A stretch of DNA of 59,345 bases, the filler included, from Sphacelaria rigidula (lineage: Eukaryota): the NCBI GenBank assembly GCA_964200075.2. It is 8 parts of 8 records of this genome, joined end to end, with 100 filler letters (N's around TTAATTAATTAA, not from the genome) between each part and the next. Parts side by side here need not be neighbours in the genome. Positions count along the whole stretch, not along the records: positions 7,433 to 14,764 come from CAXNAA020015408.1; positions 14,865 to 22,195 come from CAXNAA020015409.1; positions 22,296 to 29,625 come from CAXNAA020015410.1; 5 more parts are not named here. One strand, 5' to 3'. This document shows positions 13,300 to 25,443 of the stretch, piece by piece. How positions within the stretch are numbered: the stretch's first letter is position 1; every line of letters starts with the position of its first letter. The translations under genes and the position numbers were made by a program. The notes under the pieces were generated by a model. That model saw only the letters and a program-made list of their open reading frames with translations, had not been told where the DNA came from and searched no databases.

Positions 13300-14764
13300 G
13301 GGGGGGCTATCTCGGCATGAGTCGGGGAGCGATTTCGGCCAAAGCGGTGTTGGATTCAGGCGCCCGCTTAACGAGCATGTCGGTGCAAATTGTGGAGATG
13401 CTGGAGCGTCTACTCCCCGGTGAGCAAATCCGAATTCCGTTTTCGCTCGGGGCGAGGCAGGCCATCACCGCATCGGGGCAACGTATAAATGTGACGGAGC
13501 GTACGATTCCCCTACAGTTAGCGTTCCTGACTACTTGGGGGCCAGCAAAATTACCCCCAATATCGTTTGCGATCATGCCGGGGACGGATAGTGTCTTTCT
13601 GCTGGGCCTACCGACGCTTCGGGGACTCGGAGTCGATCCGTATGATCGGTTAGTGGAGTCGCTAAAATCGAAATGCCGACGTCCGGTTCGAGTGTCGAGA
13701 CGCCTGCTTTTTTGGCCATTCGCAGAGTGAGCTTGTCGGTTGGTGCTCTCCAGGAGGCGGGAGGGCAGGTGTCCGAGGAGCGTGATGAGGCGGTGGAACG
13801 CTTGGTGGAGCGTGGCCCGGAGATATTTATTGATCCGACGGATGAGGAGTCCGCTCGGGAAGTTGCGCTGGAGGAGAGCGTGACGGATGCTGGGGCGAAA
13901 AGCCTCAGCGTCTCAAAAGCGGAGCGCCTGCGCGGTATATTGTATTGCCGCATCAACGCGTTTTGTCGTGCGCTGCAGGGTGATCCCCCTGCGCGCGTGG
14001 AGCCCATGCGTGTTCAGCCAAAACCTGGGGCGTTCGCGGTGAAGACGAAGCCGCGGCGGTACGATCCAGTAAAGCCGAGTTGGTTGGCATTGTGAATGGC
14101 GGCTCTTTTGGCGCTCGGGTTGGTGCAACGGAATTTGCAGGCGGGGTAGTCCGGTCTGGATAATGCGTTTCCGAAGAAGGCTGCATCGTGGACGGGGGGC
14201 AGGCTGCAGGCGTGGGCGACAGCGAATGATCTGGTGGCTGATGCAGTGACGCCGCTCCATCCTTATTCAGGTTGTCAGGTGTCAATGTTTCCGGATGCAT
14301 TTGAGTGCCATTGGGGGAGTTTTGTAACGCAGGTGCCTGATGCAGATATGCAACAACGGTTGCCGGTTCAAGACATGACGCATGAACCGCTGGCTTTTGT
14401 GAGTGCTAATTTCAAGGGTTCACAGATACGTTGGGCAACAATTGACAAAAAAGGTTTTGCTATCGTGAGCACGTTTCGTCGTCTTGAGCATTTATTGTGG
14501 AATGGCGTACACATTTTCACGGATCACCGAAATCTAGCGTACATTTTCAACCCGGAGGCATGCGTAACGTCTGTATCGAAGGCGTTGGCACAGCGATTGG
14601 AGGGGTGAAAAGGAGTATTAGGACAGTATCGGTACACGATTTGTCATATTTCGGGTGAGCGTAATGCGTGGGGTGACTTGCTGTCGCGCTGGGTAAATAT
14701 TCCTACTTTGCCTGCGCGCGCTGTGGCTGTGTATGGTCCGTGCGAACCTGATGACTCGATGCCG
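13300..14764 (+). mobile_element. Ty3/Gypsy retrotransposon fragment (protease, RT N-terminus, RNase H); RT core deleted; cut by contig end
   Basis: AVLDSGA aspartic-protease motif and RNase H motifs (FPDAFECHWG, WATIDKKGFAIV, IFTDHRNL). Clearly homologous to 44586-46930, with stops and a frameshift. Confidence 0.92.
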
Positions 14765-15235
14765 NNNNNNNNNNNNNNNNNNNNNNNNNNNNNNNNNNNN
14801 NNNNNNNNTTAATTAATTAANNNNNNNNNNNNNNNNNNNNNNNNNNNNNNNNNNNNNNNNNNNNCGTCCATGGGGCCATGCAAATATGCTTTCATCCCTA
14901 TCCCCTCTCCCAACCACCCGTAGGGCGGGGGGGCATTTTCAGCCGTTTTCTTCCACAAAAAATCACTTCAATTGCTGTTCAACGCAGCCAACAATTGTTC
15001 GAACAAACTTGCTCCCGATAAATAACGCTCATTCATACTGCTTTACACAGCTCTTACCCAAAAACAAGTGCACCGCGAGTGTTTAAGGCCGATCACGCAT
15101 CCATGAGCACATTTTTTTGTGGAATCGAACCCCCCCCCCCCCCCCCCCCCTCCCCTATCGTAGCATAGCTCCGAACTAAGAGTAAGTAATAAACAGTAAA
15201 AGAAGGAAACCGGGACCAGGGAATACACCGTTAAA

Positions 15236-18200
15236 CTAGTATAAGGCCAACAGGTCTGCCCGGTTCATCGGGCTCCACTCCTTCACCACCCTAAAGAGTC
15301 CAGCCTGGACTTCTAACAGACATATTAGCAACATGCGGGCCGCTACGGTACCAAGGAAACTCTTCCGCTTCATTGAAAGTCACGTGTATATGTTGGGCAT
15401 CGCGAGCTGCAATGCCTTTGTTCATTTTCCGACCATCCGATCATTTTGTCGTGTTCTGTGCCAATATTCACATCAAGACTGTCATGATTGGGTTTTCACG
15501 AGCAAAACGCAGTCGATTATTTCTTTGTATCGGGAAACACCGACTTCAATTTGACTGTTCTGCTGGCCTGCGCACGACAGGTGACATTTACCTGCTTGTC
15601 GTCTAGCTCGATACAGGCAGCTAACAGATCCGGCCCATATCCCGTCCTCCAGAGGGCTAGACATAGCACCTCGTTTGCGCTGAACATGGAACGGCATATA
15701 TCGACGGATTGCAGCGGTCCATCTGTGGAGCCTTTCCTCCACATGCACACCGTACCGTCCGTCCCCCCTGTGTAGAAGAAGCCGGGATCTAGCCACACAA
15801 CAGATTTCTAGAAAAAGTACAGCGACAACAAGTACAGAAGCAACACGGCACAGGGGCCACGTCATTTTGAAGGTTGGCGGGCGTATACGTGGGATCATGC
15901 TCTGAGGAATTAGGTACTCGGAAGCTACCGCCTGCCTCGACTCGACATTCCTTCTCTACCTGTTAAGTGATTGGGGGAAAACGACGCCGAGGGCGGCAAA
16001 TACGCAACGAGGACCGACCGTGCCTCACCAGTAGACGCACTTGCTGTTACGACGAAGTAATCGGCGCGCTGATCGGCCTGCTGTACCGGCGGCGAGCGAA
16101 GGCCTTCGCTTGATGTCTTCAAAATTCCAAGGCCGAAGCAGACAGACTTAGTGGAGCGCCGTATTCCAACATTTCGCTTCGAGGTAGAACCATGAACTAG
16201 CTAAACTACTGCAGGCTAAACTACTGCAGTGTCGAGTCAACTCTGAACTGGTGCTTCTAGAGTTCTATTTGAAGCAACACGTACGATCTCCGCCCTGCCT
16301 GAGCCGAACCATTCCCGCTACGTATTTTTGGGACCGTTCTTGATGTGTCTTATTACGCTGAACCTGGTTGACCGACGCTTGACCATCCCGGGCGCGTATG
16401 CATACGCTTTTACTTGATGTGTACAGTGTGCTATGCGATATACCTTACATGGCGTCATACTCGTTAGGCACAGGGATGGCTGTGATTTCTTGACATGCGT
16501 CACTGTGGGTGTTGGCGAGACCGGGTGAAGATGACGACACCTCGCCAGCTGCGGGGGTGTGTAACTCATGAGCTCATTATCAAACACAGCATTTCCTGTA
16601 CAACATGCTGAAAAGGGCGTCGAAGCATTTGAATATAAGTTTAGTCTTCCTCACTCGAGATAATGATAACACAACTTACTTCCATAACTAACAATATGAT
16701 GACGTCAATTCTCAGAGAGTATGATAGACCTCCCCACGCGAGCGGGTCGACCCATACGGTGTTACAAGAAACGCGCAAAACAGTGGTGTCAGCCACTGAA
16801 GATGCCGACCGCGGTTGGGCAGAAACGACGATCAAGAAACTTGTAACTTACCACGGCACCTCTGTGTCCCTTTTCGACGGAGCTCGCTCGGTAAGACACC
16901 GTCGGCTTTGGACCCCTCTTGCCTTCTGCCCGCAAGGCCTGTAGAGGTTCAAGGAAGGGGTCAACAATTAGGGCAAACCACGTCAAGGATTCCATCAAAA
17001 CCACACAATAGGTGTCGATAGTGCACAGCAACTGCGTTATATGCAGTCCCGGAGAGGAGAGTCTGGCGATGGAACGAACACGAGTGATGAACGGAGAACT
17101 CATGTACGTGTATAGGGTGGCCACCATAATCCCGTGCTTAGAGAGCGACCTCGAAACGTGAACTTGAACCTGAACGTTCTATTTTTCAATTCAATACTTA
17201 AAAGTCCGACTTGAGTTCATCGCTGATTGCTCAACACTCGACAGATGCTGTGTACATGGCATGCAGTGCTTTGGAATCCAAAGATTTCGTTTTCAACTAA
17301 GGTGCTTTCGTGGGTTTTGTAACTCGACATGGATGCGACGTTTGTCGGTGACACTCACGCCGCGCGGACTACAGTACAGACGTGGCAGTGGAACAAGAGT
17401 ATAGGCGGGAAAACGGGTCGAAGTATTACGTATCTGCACCGTTGTCTCGTGCATTTCTCCTGAATATGCACAGACGTTCAAACCGTTCAATCCTTACACG
17501 ACCAGTATTGCAATTTAATTTGAAAAGAGCAATGTTCATTGCGGTGTTCCCTGTCATGTTTTGGGTTCACACCCGATATGTTTTCCGCGTTCCTCGTCTG
17601 GTGCGAAAGCATAGGTTTTTCTCGATACCTGCACTTGTTGTCTGAAGCCTTTGGTGTCTTGCACGAATGCCCGCACTGTGGAATCTGCGCAGCCGACCAC
17701 TACCATGAAACCGTCCGGCGAACATGCCATGCACGTACCGCTGACTCCTGCATCCTCGCCCTTCAGGGGGAAGTCCTGAACAAGAGCGAAAGCGCCTGCA
17801 GAACAACCAACATTTTAAAGTCGAGACATGCCTCAGCTCAGCAGCGGCAGACCTGGTGAAAGTGGCGAATTGAATACGCACCAACGAACTTAACAGGTCG
17901 CTCCGGTCGTGATATTTCAGTTCATCAGAAGGGAAACCTGAATACATGCTCATCCATTGGCCGCCCCAGGCGCGATTAACCGGTCTAGTTCCCCTACTTG
18001 GAAAATTTGCCATCTTCCCTACTTGGAAAATTTGCCATCTTCACTTTAGCATTATGTGATTGTCCCAGTGATCGGAACTGGCGAGTGATGCCGCGATACC
18101 CCCCCTCCCTGAACCATCCATAATGCTTTCACGAAGAATAGGGACATACAGCGCGTGATAGCTGTTTTCAGACTTCACGAAGCGCTTCCTATGGGCGATA

Positions 18201-21200
18201 TTGGCGAGGACTATCCCAAGCGTGGGAGTGCCCAGCTGCTTGGTGTATTCGGCATTTTTCATTTTGATTCCCGCATAGAATTTGTCTCCTCGAAACAGAC
18301 AGTCTTCCGGGAGGGGATGTCGCGGCATCAGTCCAGCATCTGATGAACGTCGTTCTACGTAGACATGGAAGGTGGCCCTCGTGCGCACACGTGCCGTAAT
18401 ACAATACTATAGTTGTACGACTGTAAGGGTTTCCCAGGGTGACGACTGGTGTCCTCACCCGCCGTGTGGACCCAAACGCACCATACCTTGTTTCCGGGCT
18501 TTCTCTCTCCGCGCCTTTTTCGTCTTTCCCCTCTTGAAGACCTTGATCATGCCGTTTCCGGTGGCGACGAACATCCACTCGCCATCCATGCTGGCACACA
18601 TTGCTACCGCCGCCACTTTTCGGGTTGCGTCGATAGTCTGACCCGGAAACAATAACGAAAATGGGCCCGCCCTCGCCATAACGTAAGATATATGAAATGC
18701 ATGTTTGGCTATTTGCGACGCACCATAGAACCGTCTATAGCAGTGTCGCATTTCCACCACGACCACAAAACCATTCTGCGTCAAGGTAGGAAGAATGATG
18801 GACACTTGTGATTGCGTCAATCGATCAAATCTCGATATATCTGCCTCATCCAGCGATCTTGACAAACGCAGTGCGGAATTTCATACCTCGAAGCACACAA
18901 GAAACATATAATTCATTGAAAAACCCCATCCTGAAAGTGGCAAAACGGTGTCGCGGTCATGCTGCACAAACACTTATGCCACGGCAGGGGTCGCACATTT
19001 CGCTTCAGATGTTTCTCATCAAAGAGCCCCTGAAGTTGGGAGCTAGACACGAATATGACTCAGGGCATTTCCGCTTGAAACCCCATTCGAGATATCCCTA
19101 CACCATTAGAACGCTGATCGTGGCGTGCCTTTACTAATGCAATCAGTCGTTTCTTGGGTAAGATGAGGGGTTCCTGACATTTAACTCCAGAGAAAACTTT
19201 GGTGCAACCCTACTTTGGCATGATTCCACACACAGTTTCGACGGGTTCACCAGACGAAAAGTCACTGCTGACGTGTTTGCTGTGTCGGCACTGATTGCGG
19301 AGTGGTAGACACTTGTATGATTAATCACAGAGTGAGTAGATCGACGTGAATTCCTTGAAACAAAACGTGTCGTAGACGCGTCTAAAGAATGTATATCCCT
19401 GAATGAACACACACCTGCTGTACACAGAGACTTTGGCCGTCCCAATGGGCCTCGAGATAGTCTCCCCTCGCCGCATCCAGTTTTCCGATGAGCTCTTTGA
19501 GGGTGACGATATGTTGCCGCACATCTGCCAGACGCCTGAACAGCTTACGATCCCCTACATGCGACTCGAAGAGGCGCGTCGTCAGCTGCGGGCAAAAGGA
19601 TCACCCCGCAACAAGCAACAAGCAACAAGCAACATGGTGGGTACTTGTGTTTATGCACACACCATCTGGCTTGACCGGAGCACTTCCCCTTCTCTCATAC
19701 CTCCAGGGGATGTCTGAGGAGGAGAAAATATTGTGGGTGTGTGAGATCCGATGTTGTATGAACAACCTTTGAGCTAATACTTACCGTATCGAGAAAATCC
19801 GGCAGACGTGTTTGTAGCTACTGGAGCTGGAAAAAACGACAGCATAGCAGATGTCACGTCGGGGCCATTGAGAGACTTGGACCCGTAGTAAGGGCGGGTC
19901 AGGTGCCCCGACGGTTAGCGCACAGCTTGTACTGGATTTAAACTTTGGTGGACATGGCGCGAACTTCTCTGCTTAAAAAAATGAATATTACGGCGAATGC
20001 GCTACCTTATTTTGTTACGACAACTTAGCTCTTGACCAATGCAGTACCTTTTCGGTGGCCATGGTCGTATCGAGTTCGTGGGCAACTACCCTCAACAGGC
20101 ACTTGCCCTTCATATCAGCTTCATCGTCATATCCTCGCACCTACGAGCAAACGAAGCAGTATGGATGCGTCAAGATCACAAATAGATTTTTTTTTCGAAA
20201 GTGTGGGATGCCTCGCGATTTTCAAAATCTGAAAAGAATCGAACACTGTTCTGAAAAGAAGACATCGATGATGTTCGGTAAAAGGCAGAAATGATACGAC
20301 TTCAATGTCAGCTTTACTGTCGTCGTCTGCCGTCTTGCTGCTGTATGTAAAATACAGCTTCCTGGGTCACATGATATTGTACCAGTGGTGTTGAAGAAAC
20401 AGGTAGTCCACAGGTTGCAAAATATCCAGGGGATATATGGCACGATACGTCGGAACACTCGAGAACTTCCGCATACCGTATCGAATGCAAACAACTACAT
20501 GACGGTAACAACTGAGGCTTGTAGTCGCTGCACGTGTGGAGATCCGAAATTCACACGTTTCGGCCGTAGAAGCATCTTCCTTTTTCTCGCTGATTGTGTG
20601 ATCATAGGGGTCACGATACATTTACGTATTCGTGTTCATGTTATCTCTGCACATCAATGAATTCACTCAAAACAATGCACGTCTTTGAGCTTGGAACACT
20701 TTTGTGGAGCTCGAGGTCTTCTTTTTATTTATTTATTTATTGATTTTTATGATTAATTTGTCGATCTATAAACCCCTCCCCTTCCTCGGGATGATGCTGT
20801 GGTCTGAAGGGATCAACCCATCTCTCCTCAGTACTTCTTGTAAGTTTATATTTATGGAAATATAGCGTTTTACGACGAACATGATGACACAAATCAAGCT
20901 AGATCTTCTCACATCCACATCGTCCCTCCACCTCAAGAACTCTGCCGTGAGAGCCATCAAACTTCTCGCCATGAACGTTGCGGGAAGCTGTGCACGCAGT
21001 AGGGATCTCTCGGCCAAAGCGATGCTTGACGAGGGATGCGACGAAGTCACACGCCTGCGAAATCATACATGCCATCAAGTACGGTGCACTGAACGTTCAA
21101 TACGTACATACATGATTAAAATCTGACGCCGCACCCAGGTGGTCTGACTGGTGCGTCTCAAACACGGTCGAGGTGGAGTTGAGCGTTCGAATCCATGGCA

Positions 21201-22137
21201 GGTACGAATATTTTTGTAAGGGTTATCTAGCTTCTGTCGTTGAAAACGTCAGGACGAAAGTAGCAAAGAAAAAGTTGGGAAAGTCGAAGCGCGACGGGAA
21301 TGCTGGTCCACTCTGCGGTACCGTAATGTCCGGCATGTGCTCTGGGGGGAGGGGGGGGCGTACTCATTTGTTGCTTGCCTTAGTCGTTTGACCATTGATC
21401 ACGCATCCTTTCGAGACGGAGCATGTGCTCGGGGAGAGACGGATTGATCACTCGAGACCAATGACTCGTATGGCTCGTGCAACTCGTACGACTCGTATGA
21501 CTCGTATGACTCGTATGACTCGTATGACTCGTATGACGCGTCACGAGGACGGGGAGGGGGAGGAGTTAAGTGGGGAAAAGCATGACAAAAGGAGAAAAAA
21601 AATAGACAAGAAAGTGAGTTTTTCGATGCAAATGAATTGCTCTCACAGACGAGGCGTGCGTCGTATACGCTGTAAGATCTTAACAGCAAATGCGAACAAT
21701 CCAAATGATTAAAAAACTTGCATGCTTGAAACATAAATACCGTACGCCCACTGGAAAGCTGGAAATTCGATTGGTAAATGTACTGCTCCATATTATGTAG
21801 AGGATTTGCACATGGGCAATTTGATCACCTTTTGATATTCGTGGCGAGGAAGCGATGTATACCGAATTTGAGTATGCTCAGGTTCATCCCGGCCCGTGCC
21901 CTCTCCTCCGCGACAATCCTCTCATCATCCAGTGTTAACCCGAACAGCACAATACGATGCACGGCCACCAAAACCTGCCGAGTTGAACACCCATTTCCAA
22001 TGAAGATTATTCAATCCTTCTGGCACCAAAAATGCGTACCATGAGAGGGCATGGGACGATACCGTACTGATACAACGCAGTCTTTTGTCATCTACCGTTA
22101 CTTCGAAAAGGAGGGGAGGGTGCTTCGCCATCAGGCC
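15236..22137 (-). CDS. Multi-exon gene encoding a protein with C-terminal WD40-like repeats (5' end missing at contig edge)
   Basis: Hand-built GT-AG exons: 22137-22063, 21974-21863, [unresolved exon(s) ~21230-20250], 20140-20048, 19817-19785, 19713-19663, 19585-19415, 18637-18487, 17795-17629, 16938-16852, 15807-15592, putative last exon 15304-15236 (TAG). Phases match at every resolved junction. Joined peptides: AVAMCASMDGEWMFVATGNGMIKVF; TCMACSPDGFMVVVGCADSTVRAF; GHRGAV/KSVVWLDPGFFYTGGTDGTVCMW (a GH...W WD40 repeat spanning a splice junction). Confidence 0.8.
21461..21537 (+). repeat. 9-bp tandem repeat (GACTCGTAT)n, intronic
   Basis: About 8 direct copies. Confidence 0.9.
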
Positions 22138-22143
22138 CTGTGA

Positions 22144-22195
22144 TACTTCCTCTGTCCCATAAGTCTGTATCGTTATGTTTGTACGAGCCCCTAAC
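22144..22195. mobile_element. Terminus of a Stowaway-like MITE (cut by gap)
   Basis: TA|CTTCCTCTGTCCC is identical to the TIR at 56888-56902. Confidence 0.55.
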
Positions 22196-22667
22196 NNNNN
22201 NNNNNNNNNNNNNNNNNNNNNNNNNNNNNNNNNNNNNNNTTAATTAATTAANNNNNNNNNNNNNNNNNNNNNNNNNNNNNNNNNNNNNNNNNNNNCATCA
22301 TTGCTGTCTCCCGACTGTGAAATGACCAAAGGACCGCAATAAAAGTTGGGCGCACCGGCTTAATTTATGCGCTGGACCCAACACTCTGACATAAAACAGA
22401 CGCGTCAAACGTTTCGGTGACCGCGTTGAGCCCTTCGGTGGCAGCCTTGAGTTCTTTTTCAGCCTTCTCCGCGCGTTGAGGCGCCGCCTTGACCTTGCGC
22501 ACGGCTGCCAAGGCACAGGATACGTCTTGACCGGTTTTTCCCTTGTACTTCGTCCATCCTGCGCGGGGGTCCCTTTATTCCTCAACTTTCCAAACACAAC
22601 TCCGCATTTTTCACCTCGATAAACGCTGCTGTTCCTGAAGCCGCAAGTGCCGATTTTTCAACGCAGA

Positions 22668-23188
22668 TATCTCGGCAATGAGGCAGAGGATTGGACTGCG
22701 GTTTGATGCGCGCGCTTCCCACACACCAGGACTTTTAATCGCCGCAACGGCTTGCCGTAACGCGTGCCGCGGGGCCCGCAGCACTCTGCAAACCGCCATA
22801 ATGTACCTCAAAACGCGCTCTCTTTGACGTCCGGGGGCGTTTCGGATCCGCTCGGGGGCGTTTCGGATCCGCTCTGGCGAATCGAGCGAACCCGCTGCGG
22901 CGCTGAAAAGATCTAGTGTGCGCGCGGGTGGCTGCCAAGTACCCCAGGCCGGTTTGCTTCCTGTCTCGAGAACTACGCGATGAAAAAATTACAGCTGTCG
23001 CATGCTAAACGTAGGTAACTTGGGGTGGAGCGTGTGTTCTGTTCGGAAGAGGTTCGGCACAGGTTGGGCACAGGTCCGACCAGTCAATGACGTCTTCAAT
23101 ACGTCTTCAATATCCCTCCGCATTCGTATTTTGTTTGTTGACTACGAATGTTTGGTCGGTAAGGCCTTCATTCACCCCCATAACAGTG
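22668..23188 (-). repeat. ~520-bp dispersed repeat (element terminus plus leader); inverted copy at 28049-28544
   Basis: Colinear blocks shared with the reverse complement of 28049-28544: GCAGAGGATTGGACTGCG, GCAGCACT.TGCAAACCGC, TTTCGGATCCGCT, CCTGTCTCGAGA, TCTTCAATACGTCTTCAATATCC, TTGGTCGGTAAGGCCTTCATTCAC. Confidence 0.8.
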
Positions 23189-23288
23189 TATATACTCCAG
23201 AGGGTCAAAATTACCATCGACCATACGTCATGTGAGCCCTCTCAAGAGCGCAAATTCCCTTCGAGGGGAATCAGGGTTGTAATGTTTT

Positions 23289-25443
23289 CACAGGCCGGAC
23301 GAGTCATGACTCGCCGAAGCGAGTGCATTCATTAATGCTTCTGAAAAGCGCCACGAGCATGACTCGTGTGCTCGAGTTTTCGATACTTTACCACGAGCAT
23401 GATTCTCATGCTCGAGTTGATTTTTTCATCACGAGCAATGGCTGGTGTGCTTGACCTATGAATTTTCTAAGGTTGTGTTGTGTAAGGTACTGGAACGTTC
23501 TGTAGGGTGTGAGATTCCTTACAGAACTTACAGAACTATCGGGTACCGGTTAGGGTAAAGTTTTCGTACAGAACCCACAGAACTGTCGGGTGAGGGTATT
23601 GGAGGCTTACAGAACTCACAGAAACTGTCGGGTCGGGTATGGACGTTGCACAGAAAACCGTAACCGCATCCGGGTATATTATGAAGAGCATGCCCGTGCC
23701 CCCCGGTAACGGTACGGGAGGTTCACAGAACTCACAGAACTGTTGGGTACGGGTATGAAGGTCTTTACATAGATTACAGAACTGCCCGGTATCGGTATCG
23801 AAATCTCACAGAGTTTACATTACTGTCGGGTACGGTAAATACCCGGCAAAATACCCCGGGTATACAGAAAACCGTACCCTACACAACACGACTTTGGTAT
23901 TATCATCGCCTCTGTGGTGGGACCTACGTCACTACAACAGTGGCGAAATACAGATGACAGTTGACGAAAACTCTGAACGGCTTTTACAGGGTTGATAGAG
24001 AAGGATTACATGAACAATCGCAGTAGTACATGGATCGTCAACATCTATCGGTTCCACATACACTCTCAGAGAGTACATGACGGGACATTTACGGCTGCCC
24101 GTTCTCTGGAAGCCCTTCGGCACGCGACAAAACCGCCGACGGCCTTGACGACTTTCAGTGGCAATTCATATACTTTGTGCTGAACATGTCGATAAGGGCC
24201 TGCGGTTTGATGACCACAACACAACCACCATCAACGTCGATGACGTGCGTCTTGCTACTTGATCCTCTGGTGGCGCAGATAAACCACCCCCGCTCAAGCC
24301 ACCACTCGCGAGTCTGGGGGTGATCCATCCTGACGGTCTGCAGGGCTGATTATGTTTCGTGTTTCCACTCGGCGGCACCTCGTATCCCTTCACATCCCAA
24401 ACCAACCAACTGTTTAACACTAAATGATTGTTGGTGTGCAGTTTTGAATGAAGGAGTTGGGTGGGTTGATGGGTGGGAGGTAAGGTCATGAGGTTTTGTT
24501 TGGATTGAACCTATATCCGTACCTCCCCAAGGTATATACCGTTGCTCATACCTGCAGTCGGGTGTATCTAGAACGTTATATCCGAACCCCGGGTAGGGGT
24601 TTGGGAGGCTTATAGAGCTCACAGAACTATCGGGTACCGGTACTGGATCTTAGTCTTACATAAATTACAGAACTTGGGTACGGTACGCGAGGCTTACAGA
24701 AAACCGGTACCGGCAATCGGGTATTTCTTCAAGAGCATACCCGCGCTCCGGGTACGGGTAAACATTCTGTACAGAACTCACAGAACTGTCGGGTGAGGGT
24801 TTGGGAGGCTCACAGAACTCAGAAACTGTCGGGTAGGGTATAGAGGTTGCACAAAAAAGCGTACCCGCAATCAGGTATTTTATTAAGAGAATACTCGTGC
24901 CCCATGGTAACGGTACGGAAGTCTTGCAGAGATTACAGAACTGTCGTTTAAGGGTATGAAAGTCTTACGGAGTTGATGGAACTGTCGTGTACCGGTATGA
25001 AAGCCTTACACGAGTCACAGAACTGTCAGGTACGGCAAATACCCGGAAAAATACCCCGGGTATACAGAAAACCGTACACTACAGAACACAACCTTGAAAT
25101 TTTCCCGACCACGAGCAATGAATCGAGTACTCGCCCTGACCCTTAATTTTCATCGCCACGAGCGATGACTCGAGTTGTCGCCCTATTAATGTTTTCCACC
25201 ACGAGCAATGACTCGAGTTCTCGCTCTATTACTTTCTTCACCACGAGCAATGACTCGAGTACTCGCCATATTGATTTTTCCTACCACGAGCGATCCACCA
25301 CAAGCGATGACTCGAGTGCTCGCTCTATTCATGTTTTCAACCGCAAACGATTACTCGAGGGCTCGAGGACCTCCAAAATCGGTCCAGAGCAGCCGGAAAA
25401 GTGCGAGGGCCACGAGTCATACTCATGCTCGACCGACGTGTGA
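23289..25443. mobile_element. Outer non-autonomous TIR element built from ~42-bp tandem units (CCACGAGCAATGACTCGAGT...), interrupted by the 23468-25096 insertion
   Basis: Imperfect TIRs TCACAGGCCGGACGAG / CTCGACCGACGTGTGA. The same tandem unit occurs on both sides of the insertion (23350-23460 and 25109-25440). Confidence 0.6.
23468..25096. mobile_element. Non-autonomous hAT-like element with ACAGAACT(C/T)ACAGAACTGTCGGGTA subrepeats
   Basis: TIRs TAAGGTTGTGTTGTGTA / TACAGAACACAACCTTG. 8-bp TSD GAATTTTC (23460-67) vs AAATTTTC (25097-104). An 8-bp TSD is typical of hAT. Confidence 0.7.

Noticed and set aside
15482..15898. 138-aa ORF with a signal-anchor-like start
   Set aside because: It is an alternative frame over the WD40 exon, and its hydrophobic stretch is the intron pyrimidine tract.
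15925..16197. Possible extra exon (DYFVVTASASTGE)
   Set aside because: No phase-compatible splice sites, and the flanking exons join directly into a complete WD40 repeat.
16600..22190. Cluster of short minus-strand ORFs as an endogenous virus remnant
   Set aside because: Explained as exons and introns of one spliced WD40 gene; no viral hallmark proteins recognised.
25109..25440. CRISPR-like look: palindromic repeat plus variable tail
   Set aside because: The 'spacers' are only ~15-20 nt and resemble each other, the repeats are degenerate, there are no cas genes and the context is eukaryotic. It is a tandem/subterminal repeat.
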